DNA of 64,000 nucleotides from Chrysomallon squamiferum (Eukaryota > Animalia > Mollusca): assembly GCA_012295275.1 (NCBI GenBank), contig CM022672.1, positions 33,790,001 to 33,854,000 on the forward strand, given 5' to 3'. Position numbers and translations under genes: made by a program. Below are positions 13,234 through 28,479 of this stretch, piece after piece; the stretch's first letter is position 1, and every line of letters begins with the position of its first letter. The notes under the pieces are model-generated. The model was given only the letters and a program-made list of their open reading frames with translations, searched no databases and was not told where the DNA came from.

Positions 13234-14726
13234 TAATAATAATAATGTAATGATAATGATAATAATAATAATAATAATGATAATGAAAATAATAATAATG
13301 GTGATTGCAAAAATAATAATAAATGATGATGATGATGATGATGTTAACTGTTAATGATGATAATAATAGTAATTAATTAAAAATAATAACGATAATTAAA
13401 ACATTAATAGTAATAAAAATAATACCACTAATAATAAAAATGATGACAGACAATGGAAATAATAATAACAACAAACAAAAATACAGGAATAACAATAAAA
13501 TAATAATAATAATAATCACAATAAAAATAATTAATAATTAAAGTAAATAACAATAGTACCAAACATAATAATAATAATAATATTAATAATAAAAATAGCA
13601 ATAATAATAACATTAATAACAACAATGACAATAACAACAAAAAAAAACAATAATAACATCAACATACTAATAACAAAAGTAAAAAAAAAAAAAAATCAAT
13701 AATAACATGTCAAAGATCTATTAAGATATAAGAATAATAACTATAATAATAACAATAACAAAAATAATATAATAACAATAACAATAATAATAACAATAAT
13801 AACAACAATAATAACAATAAATAACAATAACAATAATAACAATAACAATAATAATATAATAACAATAATAATAAAATAACAATAATAACAGTAATAACAA
13901 TAATAATGTTAACAGTAATAATAACAATAACAACAACAATAACAACAACAATAACAATAAAACAACTACAACAGTACTAATATCAATAACAGTGAGAACA
14001 CAGCTAAAACACTTAGTCAAAAATGAGTGAGACAGCTATGAGAGAGACAACTATGAGAGAGACAGCTACAAGAGAGAGACAAGTGTGATTAAAATAATTG
14101 ACTTGATTAAGTTGTCAGGTTTCAGTAAAACTGATTTCCACCGAACAGAATCAATTCTCGTCTCATCATCAGTAATTTCATTTCTTCTCTCTTCTCAATA
14201 GCACTGTCCAAAAATAGATGAAGAAACAAAAAAAAAAAATCATAACAGAATAAAAGAAACCGAAAAGACCAGTGTGTGGTGTTCATGGTTTCAATTATTC
14301 ATGCAGTTACAGTTCCACTGAAGCTAGATTGATACTTGTTAGCACAGTATCATTGTACCAGATTATATTAATAGTTGTATCATAGTTGATGACAAGTATA
14401 TTGTTGTAGCAAATAGATTAATGCTTGTGCCAGTGATCATATCATTTACTTAATAGCTTAATACTTAGTATTGTAGATGATTGATAAATACCTTAGTATA
14501 CCATACCATAGTATCAGTTTTCTTAATCAATTCAGTACCAGATACATTAATAGTTGTATTATTCTGAGTCGTAAATAATTATGTATTGTTTACTGCAGTC
14601 TGATCTGATTTAGATATGTTTAAGTAAATAAAATAAATAAGATAATAATTTTTGAAGAAAGAGAAAGAAAATGGGAGGTGTGTGAGAGAGACAGAGATAG
14701 AGAGACAGAGATAGAGAGAGAGAGAC

Positions 14727-14773
<47 letters not shown>

Positions 14774-14792
14774 TGGGAGGTGTGAGAGAGAT

Positions 14793-14846
<54 letters not shown>

Positions 14847-15339
14847 TGTGTGTGTTGTGTCTGTGTATAAAGGTCCTGTTTCCTCAGTCACCTTATATAA
14901 ATAGTCCCCCTCCCCCCAAAAAAAGGAGTTGGCTCCTCCATCTGATCAGTGAAGGAGCCACATGTAGGTTAGGTGAAGGAGCTTGCCCACAGCTTAACCT
15001 TGTTCTGTCAGGAAATCAGCAGCAGGGGTTAAACAAGCAATTAAGAAATAAAAAAATAAATCATTTATGAGCACTGACCGACTCAATAGCCTATTACCTG
15101 AGCAAACAAACTGCAGCAACAGTTATCCAGGTAGGTAAACACAGGTAGGTAAACAGAGGTATGTAAACAGAGGCACGTAAACACAATAAAACTCTCACCA
15201 CCTCCATCTGGGTTATGCTGGTTAAGCCGAGGAGAAATGAGATCAGCAGGTTCTGGGATCGAATCTAGGGCCAAAAACAACAGAGTGTATTAATTTATTT
15301 TTTTGTTGTATAACACAGTCTACCTGTTTAATTACTAAA

Positions 15340-15600
15340 TGTCTGTGCTGTTAAAAACTATTGTCTGTTCTGTTACAAGAATATTGTCTGTTCTGTTCCA
15401 AGAATATTGTCTGTTCTGTTACAAGAATATTGTCTGTTCTGTTACAAGAATATTGTCTGTTATGTTACACAAATATTGTGTTATGTTACAAGAGTATTGT
15501 CTGTTTTGTTACAAGAATTTTGTCTGCTATGTTACCAAAAATATTACAAATTCTGTAACAAGAATATCTGTTCTTTTACTAAACTATTGTCTGTTTTTTT
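15340..15600 (+). repeat. 23-bp minisatellite (ATTGTCTGTTCTGTTACAAGAAT)
   Basis: Tandem copies that explain the periodic ORFs in the track. Confidence 0.9.
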
Positions 15601-15922
15601 ACACTATTGTAAAAACACTAGTGATTCTGATGCAGCAGCAATGTCTGTCTGTTGTTCTGCGTGCTGTGTGTGTGTGTCCTCTGTCTCCCTGTGTTTGGAT
15701 TGGTCCTGGTGCAGATGAGTCATGGATCTGCACACGACACGCGTGAATTATCATTAATCTGTGGGTGACAGCAAGACTGAGTGTCTCCCTCATCTCAACA
15801 GATCAGTTTGCTCTAACTAGTGTCTGTTCTCCGTCTGGGTTTAATACCAAGAGAAAGTGACAGAGAGAGGGAGGGAGGGAGGGAGGGGAGGGAGGAGAGG
15901 GAGGGGAGGGAGAGAGGGAGAG

Positions 15923-15960
<38 letters not shown>

Positions 15961-16170
15961 AGATGTAAGATAGGGAGAAAGAAAGGCCTAGAGAAAGATA
16001 ATAATTACAAGTGAAAGAGAGAAAGACAGAATGACAGGAAGACAAATGGAAGTGAGAGAAAAACAGAGAGACAGAGAAAAGTAAAAAGAGTGAAAAAGAA
16101 AGCAGGCTGAGGTTCTCTGAAACGACAGTGTTCAAGATGCAAACCTTTACAAATAAACTGTGTGTCTGTC

Positions 16171-16219
<49 letters not shown>

Positions 16220-17228
16220 ATGTGGAAGTATGCATATGTATGTGTTTGTGACCGTGTTATATGTATTTTTGTGTATATATGCTTGTGTGTTTGTCTGTAC
16301 ATAAGAGGTATGCACATGTTTGTGTGTCTGTATGTTTGTGCATGCGTGTGTGTGTGTGTATGCATATATGCGTGTTTGTATTAAAAACAAATCAACATCA
16401 ACCTGAACTCGGAAAATTATGTGAAATACTCACACACACACACATACACACTCGTTTGTTTTTCTAACATATTTCAATTCCCATTTTTCAACTTAAAACT
16501 CTTTTAATTCTACAAACATTCTCATCTTCGCAAACAAGTGTAAAAAAAACAAAAAAAAAAAACTGTTTTCTGTGGCAGACATGCGAACACATCATTCATG
16601 ATAATTATCTCTATGCGACACGACTGACTTTAAAAACTATTGATCTGCTCACAGTTTTAATCCCTTGAGTCTTGAGTACTCATAATTAAAAGAAAAACAA
16701 CTCACTGTGAGCAGGAACTGTGGAAACAATTTTATAGATTATTATTTTTTATTTTTTTTTTTTTTTTGTTAGGATGTAAATTAGTTGATAATGTAGCAGG
16801 TTAAAAGTTTAAACATTATTAAATGATGGAGAAAGAGAGAGAGGGAGGGAGAGAGAAAGAGAGGGAGGGAGAGAGAAAGATGGACTGGAATGATGGTTGG
16901 AATGAGAGAAAGAAAAAGAAATGAAAGATCGTGAAGACAAATAAAAATGAATGAGAGAAAAACATTTTAACAGAAAAAGTATGACAACAAACGTGTAATT
17001 TAACCATAAATATGTTTCTCTGAAGCCCCTATACTGTAACAACTAATAAATAAATGAAGTTATAGAACATATATAAATAAATAAAATAACAAATAAACCC
17101 AAAATTGCAAGAAAAAAATTCATAAGAAAGAAATAAAATAGAAATTTTATCTCAAATAAAATAAATAAATAAATAAATAAATAAACAGGATACAAAATTA
17201 TTTAAAAAGAAATAATCAAATAAATAAG

Positions 17229-17273
<45 letters not shown>

Positions 17274-18131
17274 TAAAATGAGCAAGATTATAAAATACAT
17301 TTTAAATATAATCATAAAAGTAAATAATAAAATAAAACTAAAAAGCTGTTAATATTAGCTAAAAAAAGAAAGAAGAAGAAATAAACAAGATATAAAACAG
17401 ATAAAAAAATAAAGAAATATATTAATATCAATAACAGCCCTATTAGGATTCAGAATAACTGAATTTACATGTCAGTCAAAAAACTGTATCTGCAATATTC
17501 AACTACATGTACTTGATAATAAATAAATATATATATATAATGTATATTCAAACTTATTATTTAGGGCAGCTATGAATATTAACAATCATAAATGCACATA
17601 GCTTTTGTAAATAAAAAATAAGTTTAATCAGAAAGTTTATAACAAATTTATAATGTATATGTAATTTATGTTATAAAATGTTTTATTTTTTAAACGTTTA
17701 TTTTGAAAAAGTGGCAAAACTGATTTTGCAATATAAACCAAACACATTATATAAATTCATTTACCTATTAAACCATAAACTAAAAATAATTCAGAAAAAT
17801 ACCCATAAAGAAAAAATATTTCAGTATGAATAAAATTATAAAAAGCTGATGATGAGGCTAGTGATATTAAACTGAACTGCAGCTTTGTGCTGTGTTCTCA
17901 AAATATTTTATTATTTTAACATTTTTATTACTTAAATACACACCATACGTTTTCCACGTAGGCAAAACTATGTATGTAGTATATCAATGAAATATGCATA
18001 ATGAGTCAGACATTTAATCTAAATATTTTGAAGGAATGCAAAAGGTTGCCGGTTCCCTAGGTAACCACGAAAATATGAGGATCATTATCAATAAAAACAA
18101 ACATCCTGTTTAATATATGGGGACAATAAAG

Positions 18132-18174
<43 letters not shown>

Positions 18175-18375
18175 AACATTAAAAACAGGTGAGAAACACT
18201 TGACAATACCTGTACACCCTCACACCTTGACAGACAGATACACAGACACTCAGAATATAATACACTTAGAATTTAATCTTTTAACTTCACATGTCAAATA
18301 AAAGTACGTTTTAAAACAAAAAATCAGTTTGTACACAAAGTACAATATGCATTAGATATTCATGAGAAAAAAAGA

Positions 18376-18413
<38 letters not shown>

Positions 18414-19196
18414 ACATACATATATACATTATAGGCTCATATAAACAATACATATATACAGAGAAAGAGAGGGAGAGAGAGAGAGAGAGAGAGAGAGATA
18501 CACACACACACATTATATATCTATAGAGATAAATATACAGATATAGATATATATATATATATTTGTACATCTGCAGATGCTTGTCAAACATATATAGGTT
18601 GATATATAGGTAGATTAGACACTCACTCACTCACACACACACACAAACAACATACACAAATACTTAACACATGTACATCTTACTACAGTTAAACATCAAT
18701 TAATACGCTGCTCTCTAAAATGTCAAACTCTGAGTTTTGTTTAAACTTAGAACACAGAGATAAACACAAAGCTTGTCAGGGAATAGTAAGAGAAAAAGAG
18801 AGATGGGGAGACAGAATTTCAGAGAGGGAGAGAAAGAAAGAAAGAATGAGAGACAAAATGACAGATGGGCAAGATGCTAAGAAAGAGAAATAGGAACAGA
18901 AAATAGAAAGTTCAATAAAACTGAATTAAATTTGTGAAATTATTTTATTTTCTGTGAAAACAGATTAGGTGTCCATGCTCAAGTATGTCATGTAAAAATA
19001 TTTAACAGAAAATAAGATAAACTAAACATACTTGACAGAAATAATTTTCTGTTCTGTCATTATTTACATACAGGCACTTATGAAGAATGCATCATTAATA
19101 AAACAAATTAAATTAGTTTATGCATTTATCAAATAACACAGAAAATTATTTATTTATTTATTTATTTAAACCATAACTATCTGGAACAACTAATCT

Positions 19197-19231
<35 letters not shown>

Positions 19232-19613
19232 AGAGAGACACACACACGCAAACACACAACACACACCAGACAATGAAAAAGGAACTGTTAACAGAACAAT
19301 CTGTAAAATCAACAACTGAAATATTTTAGGTACAATTACACTGTTAAACATATCCTGGGATACATATACACAGAAACAAAAAGAGTGAGACACAGAGAGA
19401 AAGAATCAGAGATATTATACTCAGTGAAAAAGACAGAGAGAGAGAAAATCAGTGAGACAGTGTGAAGTAAAAAGAAGCAGAGAAAGACACAGAGAGGTAT
19501 ACAAAGATAGAAAGAAAGAGAAAGGCCGAGACACTCAAATATAACAAAAGAAATGCAAAGGATAAGAGAGAAAACAAGACAAAGAAAGTGAATATATATA
19601 TATATATAGAGAC

Positions 19614-19676
<63 letters not shown>

Positions 19677-20179
19677 AAGAGAGATAGATAGAGAGAGAGA
19701 CAGACAGACAGAAAGAGAGAGAGAGAAAGAGATAGAGAGATAAAGAAAGAGAGAGAGAGAGAGAGACGAAGAGTGACAGAGAGAAAGAGATAGAGAGAGA
19801 GTCACAGAAACAGGAACAGAAAGTCAGAAAAAGATGAAAGACCAAATACAAAGAGGAAACATCACACAAACCACCACAGACATTTCAACTTGTACACACA
19901 CACACAGACAGATACGAAACTAATGCTAACTACTGACAGCTGGCTCAGAGTGCCCTGATGTGCCACAGATCAAGTAAACATCAGTAGTAATCCCTGGGTA
20001 CACACCACTAGGCCACTCTGGCACCTGTCTGCTGTTCTGCTGGTCATCATGAAAGCAGCAATAAGCTTTGTACCAGTGCCAGGATATGAGAACAATGAGA
20101 TCTGTCAGAGACAAACATACGAACTGACACACATTCTGAATATAGGTCACTAAAACATCTATCTATAGTGCACTAAATA

Positions 20180-20655
20180 TCACTTAGATCTGGAAGATTG
20201 TAGGATCTATTCCTCCTACAGTAATGTTTGTGTATTTTCCCACCTTAGCCAGATCTCTACTAAAGACCTATCATTATTTATTTTATTTTTTTTGTCTACT
20301 GTATATAGTAAGGTATATATAAAAGATTATTTCTTGCTAAGATAAAAGAACAGTGGCCATTATTTTCTATAAGGTACATGCAAAAGATTACTTACTGCTA
20401 AATTAAAGGAATGATCATTCCTGTTTATGGTAAGGTACACATAAAAGATTCCTTACTACTAATGAAAAGTGATCACTGCTGTCTATGGTAAGGCACTATT
20501 ATAAATTACTTACAGCTAATGAAAAAATAATCATTTCTGTCTATGGTAAGGCAATCATAATAAACTACTGCTAATGAAAAAAATAATCATTTCTGTCTAT
20601 GGTAAGGCACATGTAGAAAATTACTTACTGCTAATAAAGAACAGTGGCCATTCTG
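20180..20655 (+). mobile_element. Degenerate SINE head followed by about 6 tandem ~59-bp copies of a MetaSINE-like central domain
   Basis: The unit is approximately CTGTCTATGGTAAGGYACATATAAAAGATTACTTACTGCTAATGAAAA, with AAGG(T/C)A at about 20310, 20371, 20432, 20490, 20548 and 20603. It resembles my recollection of the mollusc MetaSINE core TCCTGTCTGTGGGATGGTGCATATAAAAGATCCCTTGCTGCTAAT. Confidence 0.55.
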
Positions 20656-21589
20656 ACCAATGACTAAGCTTCCAGCCTTGTAACCTGCAGGCTGAGAGAT
20701 CAAGTCTCAGGTCTGGAAGTTAACCAGTGGACTGTGTTCTTTTCTTATGTTGCCATGGTTACACAGCCATGATGTGTAGTTGGTACGCATGAATGCCTAG
20801 GTAACATGTGTTAGAGAAATTAGCTGATAGCACTTGTTTCTAATTAGAAAATTAAAAACACTAATCCAGAACTTGCATTATGTGTATATGTTTGTGTGCT
20901 TGAATATCTATAGCTATATCTATATCTATATATATATTAAACCTACAATAAACTTATATACATACATGTATACATACTTGTTTTGTTTTATATACATATA
21001 CTGTCTTGGACATGTTTTACACACACACACTCTTTCAAACACATACATACACATACATTCATATACATTATATAAATTTATATATATAATATACATATAC
21101 AAACATAGAAAACGCATACACACACACAAACCAACATACAAATATATATATGCATATTTACACACACACAAACACACACACACATCTTCACATGCACAGC
21201 ACATAATTAAATGTAATGTCATTATTAAGATTCACTGTAACCTTTGCAGTGGGTGCAAATGCATGCCACATTTCCAGTTCAGTTTTGTGATTGGACTTTG
21301 TCCTCCTGTGCCAGTGCATTCCTGAATACTGTCTGTGTGCAGAGTCTACTCAGATATTTATACATAAACACAAACACACAAACACACAAACATACATACA
21401 TACATACATACACACATACATACAGACATACAGACATACAGACATACATACAAACACACATACATAAATACACATTTAAACCACAGCATCTACTCCAAAA
21501 TTAACAGAGATCATAGATAGTAAACTGACTTGAATATTTTCTCAGTGTTTGTACTAATATAGTCATTGTCACAACTTTCTCCATGACAG

Positions 21590-22020
21590 TTAATACTGGG
21601 CATGTAATATTGGGTATGTAATATTGGGTATGTAATATTGGGTATGTAATACTGGGCATGTAATACTGGGTGTGTAATATTGGGTGTGTGGTACTGGGTA
21701 TGTAATACTGGGTATATAATACTGGGTATGTAATACTGGGTATGTAATATTGGGTATGTAATATTGGGTATGTAATACTGGGCATGTAATACTGGGTATG
21801 TAATATTGGGTGTGTGGTACTGGGTATGTAATACTGGGTATATAATACTGGGTATGTAATACTGGGTATGTAATATTGGGTATGTAATATTGGGTATGTA
21901 ATACTGGGCATGTAATACTGGGTATGTAATACTGGGTATGTAATATTGGGTATGTAATACTGGGCATGTAATACTGGGTATGTAATACTGGGTATGTAAT
22001 ACTGGGTATGTAGTACTGGC
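21590..22020 (+). repeat. 14-bp minisatellite (TAATACTGGGTATG) with a 126-bp higher-order duplication
   Basis: About 30 copies; the variant GTGTGGTACTGGG recurs 126 bp apart (GTAC at 21691 and 21817). Confidence 0.95.
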
Positions 22021-22726
22021 AGTTATCTGAATGGCACATTCAAACCGTAACTTTAATATTATGACTTCTGTTTCTTTTTGTTTTCTTTTAATATTCTAAC
22101 AGAAGAATACAATTTCTATTCTAAAGTGATAGAATTCAAGAGAGTAGTAATAACAAACTGGCATCTTGATCACATTCAAACCAAATCTTCCTGCAGTACT
22201 TCTTCTTCTTTCTGTTTTTCTTTGAACAGCCTGAGAGAAAGTGTATTGAAAGTGTCATACAGAAATCACACACAGAACTCAAAAGAGTAATAACACACAA
22301 CTAACTGGCTTTTGATCACGTTCAAGTTATACAGCTTTTCATAAAACGTCTATTTTTTATTTTATTTTTTTTTTTTATTTTTTTAAATATCCTGAGAGAA
22401 ATAAGAGGAACATCACAGAGACTGAACCAAAGTCACGAAGGAATCACAGACTTGAATACAGTTCCTGTAAATCACTTCCAAAAGGTTTGTTGATCGATTG
22501 ATTGAAAACTTGTGTGTAGACACAACGACGTCTTTATGTCTTTTTAATGTCTCTCTGTCTGTCTGTCTGTCTGTCTGGTTTCCACTCAATTAACTAGTCA
22601 ACTGAAGTCTGAATGTGATTCCAATAACAATCACTGAGATCACAGAGAGAAAGAGATTGTCGATTTTAATTATACAGAGAGATAGGAAATAACAGTCTTG
22701 TTTTTAACACTGTATTTATATTACAC

Positions 22727-22810
<84 letters not shown>

Positions 22811-22840
22811 ATATTCTTGTTATTAAAACTGTATTTATAT

Positions 22841-22880
<40 letters not shown>

Positions 22881-22921
22881 TTATTCTTGTTTTAACACTA
22901 TATTTATATTATACAGAGTGG

Positions 22922-22981
<60 letters not shown>

Positions 22982-24214
22982 TAATATTGTAGTTTGTAAT
23001 GTTATGTATGACACAAGTAAAAATCATAGACTGATACAAAAAAATTTGAATTTAGTGCAGATATTTTCTTTACATTTATATCAGTGAGTTGATAAAAAGA
23101 AACAAACACTATTTTTGATATAGAGAGATAGAATACAGTATTTAGTGATAAGTAAAAAGATTTTTTGACTGTGGTTTATATATCTCATTACATTTATATT
23201 ACTGAGTTGACAAACAAGAAAGAGGTGCTATTTTTTAATATAGAGAGATAGAAAATAATTTTGTTGTTTTTATATTTAGTGAAACAAATAAAACATTATA
23301 TTGTGGTTTCAAAACAAAATGTGAATATTGCTGACAAATCTTTTTTTTTTTTTTATATAACAATGAATTTACAAATATGTAAGAAGTTCTGTTTTTGATA
23401 TTTTATTTTTGTTTTTTATATTTTATTTCTCTTTTTAATATTTTATTTCTATTTTTAATATTTCTATTTTTAATATATTATTTCTCTGTTTAATATTTTA
23501 TTTATATATTTTTTAAATTCTATTTTTAATATTTTATTAATATTTTTTTATTCTTAATATATTATTTCTATATTTAACATTTTATTTCTATTTTAATATT
23601 TTATTTCTATTTTTTAATTTTATTTCTATTTTTAATTTTTATTTCTATTTTTAATAGTTCATTTCTATTTTTAAATTCTATTCCTATTTTTAATATTTTA
23701 TACAGAGATATGTAAAATTCTGACTCATTTTTACATAACAAAAGATAAAATATTTTGACACATCACCTTCATTAACATCACAGAAATTGCAGACATAGAA
23801 TAATTTACACAGATATATACATAAAATGATATTGCAATTTCTTTTATTATGTGTTCTACTGCTTTTATGTAACTACAGACTGAATGTGTTCAGACATCAT
23901 CTTCATCATGTTTACATCAGTGAATTTACAAATGAGAATGAGGCTGCAATTAGAATTGAGAAACAGAAAATAGCATTTTATTGTTTTTAATGTTATGTAC
24001 TCAGTGAAACACAAGTAAATTTTATACTGATGTGCATACAATTAGAGCTGAACTGAACAAAAGGATCAAAGCTTGTGTGATGGGGTCTGTATCTGTGTGG
24101 GGGGGTTAAAGAAAGATAAAGAAAAAAGAGAGCTGTGTGAATTGGGAAAAGTTACTGATTGATCATATGAAAAAATATTTTTAAAAAATAACTCTTTTTT
24201 GTTAATTATTGTGA

Positions 24215-24247
<33 letters not shown>

Positions 24248-24864
24248 TTAAATTTTTTCTTGATTATTTAATTTTTCTAAAGCATTATAAAGATTTTATT
24301 TTTAAAAAGAAGATATATAGATATATCTGGTATTCCATCTTTAATCTATCTATTTTTTTTTATTTTATTTTTTTTTTCTTTAAATTTTTTTTTTTTCTCT
24401 TATTTTCTTTTTTTTCTTTTATTTGTTGATTTTGTTTCACAGAATCTGACAAATAAATTTACCAGGGTCTAAAAATACCTATTAAAACATCCTCCTTGTT
24501 TCTGTCAAACAATTTGTTTTGTTAAAAAAAAATAAAAAAATAAAAATTAATTCATTTTTTTATCCCTACATTTTTTTTTTTTGGCTATTGAACAGTTTAA
24601 CCCAAAATTTTAAAACAAATTCATTCTTATTGAAAAATAAACAAAAATTCTCTTTGATTTTTCTGTTTATAAAGCAAAGGTAGAAAATTGTTTCCTTTCG
24701 TCTCTCTAAGTTGTAGAAACAAATAAAAAAAACGCAGTTCAGACTTGTTCACCTGTTTGTATAACACTGATAACAGGAAAACGAGGAAGTTTATTCTGTA
24801 AGCCTTTCAAGAAAAAGTTGAGTGTTTGTTTGGGTGTATGTTGTACACACACACACACACACTA

Positions 24865-24937
<73 letters not shown>

Positions 24938-24942
24938 CATAC

Positions 24943-24977
<35 letters not shown>

Positions 24978-25136
24978 CACACTAACATACATACACGTAT
25001 GTGGTTTATATATGTGTGTGTTTTTATAGGTGTGTATATATATATACATACGTGTATGTGTGTGTGTGTATTGTTTATAAATATGTATGTGTGTATATGT
25101 GTGTATGTGCTTGTATGTGTGTTTGTGTATATTGTT

Positions 25137-25172
<36 letters not shown>

Positions 25173-26124
25173 ACGAGAGATACATATAGTGTGTGTGTAT
25201 TTCTGTATGTGTGAGTCTGTCCATATGTTTGTATGTGTTTATGTCTATGTGTATGATGTGTATGTATAATATATAGTATATATGTGGAAGGGAGTTTGTA
25301 TATTTGTTTTATCACTAATCTAATCTGAAAACATCCCAGCCAAACAGTTCTAACTAAAACCTCAACCCTCCAACTGTTACACTTTTAATTACTCTACACA
25401 ACAACGAGCCTCCCTTCAACAGATTCACAATTCAGCTCACAGCATCTTCACATCAAAACCTCCCAGCAGCACCAAAGTCTAAAAAACCTGCAACAAAATT
25501 TGGGCCCCTTTCAGTGCCAATCCCAAACCCCTAGGTATTTAATTCGCTGACAAATTTTATCTCATTACTTTACAAACACCATCCCAACAGATAACTGGTT
25601 TAAACTGTCCCAGATTGTGTCTGGTATAAACCATTAAGTTAAAAAAAATAAAAAAAATAAAAATAATAATAATAACAGTAACTAAGAATTGATTATCAAA
25701 CCAAAAGAAATGTGTATTCGTGTAATCAATGTGACTTTATTTTCTCAGGGAATGAGTCAAAGATTTGGACAATCAATTGTAAGAACAAAGGCACCGGTTG
25801 GGTTATCGTCTGTTTTGATTGATTTGTGCTTCAAACCATTGGTCAATAATTGTAAGACTGTGTAATAAAACCTACTTGTGTGTTGTGTTATAAAATTACA
25901 TCCCTTAGTTTGTGGTGTTTTTTGTTTTTTTTCATTTATATATAATCGGTTTGTAAAATAATACATTTTCCAACTGTTCACATGCGTGTAATGAATATAT
26001 ACACTGGCACGAACAATGAATGTATTTGAATAAATGTACAGATGTATTAATAGCACTGATGATTGGAATATACATCCATACATGTGTGTGTGTACATTTA
26101 TATGTATGTTTGTGAATATACAGC

Positions 26125-26171
<47 letters not shown>

Positions 26172-26820
26172 ACAGTTATTAAAAAGAAGAATATTTTAAA
26201 CAAGACTGTAGAAAGTAAACAAACTTTAAGTGTCAGTGTCAGAGATAAGCTGACAGTAATCTGTCTGCTTCAAACTTTTATTCCTCTCTAAACACACACA
26301 CAGAACTCTTTTATAAATCTGTTTTATTTTAACTTTCTAACATTAAAAATATAACTGTTTTACTTTAACACAGTAATATATTAACAATCTAAAATACACG
26401 TAACTGTTTTAAAAACATAACAGTCTGTTTTAACTTTCTAACATTTTAAAAATATAAAACAATATATAACACACATAACTATAACTATTTAAAAAGAGTT
26501 TGCTTTATTTTAACCAACCCTCCCAATATTAATATTAACAATATGTAATAATATATATACACAGATTACTATTTTAAAAACAGAACTTGTTTTACTAACA
26601 TTCTTTCATTGATACATTAACAATATAAAACACACAGAACTGTTTTAAAAACATAGTAAATTGTTTTATTTTAAATGACATACCAACCAACAAACAATAC
26701 ACAACAATATACAAGCACAGATAACTATTTTAAAAACATAAACAAAAAAATATTTTTAACTAATATTCTAACAAAGTAACATTAACAATATGCAACAAAA
26801 TACACACTCACATGCAGACA

Positions 26821-26854
<34 letters not shown>

Positions 26855-28344
26855 ACTATTGTAAAAACAGATTAAAAACAGAGTAACAATATGCAACAAT
26901 ATATATACAAATGCAAAAAAAAATGTTTTAAAAATGCTGTTTTGTTTTTAACTGAAATTCTAACACACTGACAATATGCAACAACATGTTACACAGGTAT
27001 TTAGTTATTTTACAAAACAGAAACACCAGCTGTTGTAATTAATGGTCTGACACAGTAACAATAGTTTGAACAGATAGACTGGTTTACTAACAGGTAACAA
27101 TGAATGCAAAACAGTAAATTATCAAACAACTGTGTATTGTCTGTGCCTTTGTAGTTTTGTATGTAGATGTGTGTATGTGTATGTGTATGTGTGCATGTGT
27201 TTGTATGTGTGTATGTGTTTGTGTGTGCATATGTATGTGTGTGTGCATGTTTTGTGTGTTTGTATGTCGTGCATGTGTGTGCATGTATGTATATGTGTGA
27301 ATGTATGTATGTGTGTGAATGTGTTTGTGTGCATGTGTTTGTGTATGTCTGTGTATGTCATATGACTGAATAAATGAGTGAATGTGTATGTGTGTGTGTG
27401 TGTGTACATATGTTTGCTTTTTAATCTATATGCATTTGTGTATGTTGACTGTGTCTTCTTAACTGTTTTAAAAAGTAATAACCCGACATTTTTTTTTAAC
27501 TATTCTCACTTTTCACGAAGACAGGATACACTGAGTCAAGTCATTAAACACTTTTCATGAAGATAACAAACAGTAACCATAGTTACTATCATGAAAAACA
27601 ATTTCGTTTAACCACTGTTTAAACACATCCAGATATCATCAGAATCGAAAACCCACGAAAAAAAAAAAAATCAATGACAAGATTCACAGTGGCAGTTATC
27701 AAACTCTTTAATCTCATTACAAATCATTTATCATGTCCTTCAGTCTGTTAGTTCTACACATTCGATGCAATAAAACTTGTTAATACAAGCATCTGAATAC
27801 TGAGTTTGATGCAGTAAAACTTGTTAATATGGACACCTGAATACTGAGTTTGTGTCTGTGTGTGTGTGTGTTTATGGTTAAGGGGTTTTGATTGGAACGG
27901 GAAAATAAACAAATTTCTAAAAAGCAAGAAGAATCAATCTTTAGATTTTAATAACTGAATAATTTTTGAATATTAATTGTTATTCATCAGTGTTGTATAA
28001 CAACAACAACAACAACAACAAAAAAAAAAATCATTTTAACAACATTCTTATACTGGTATCACATTAAATCACAAACCTCTAATTGCTAAATATTACCTCA
28101 TTTAATTTAACAGGATTCTTTTCACATTCTAACTATCGAATTTGTGTTTGTCTTGTTTTTCTTTATTAAGCATTTTTTTGTTTTCTTAGGAAGCTTTGGA
28201 TGAACACATTTTTGATGAACCAACAACAGAAGCCATTGAAAATAACAATGTGGATTGAGCATGCAAATATTTTAAACACTGAAAACGAATTCTGTCTGTC
28301 TGTGCTGTGTTTGTTATTATGTAAGAGAAAAACCTAGCTAAGGC

Positions 28345-28479
<135 letters not shown>

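Noticed and set aside
15205-15275. tRNA gene
   Set aside because: Only A/B-box-like fragments are present and I could not form a cloverleaf; SINE-like at best.
19926-20105. GC-rich minus-strand ORF segment with an acceptor-like site as an extra RasGAP exon
   Set aside because: There is no convincing donor, it is CpG-depleted, and it contains an A-box-like TGGCCTAGTGG; an old repeat relic is more likely.
21501-22039. Periodic YYIPSITYPVLHTQ ORFs suggesting a repetitive structural protein
   Set aside because: The 14-bp unit is not a multiple of 3, the same peptide appears in several frames, and there is no splice or start context.
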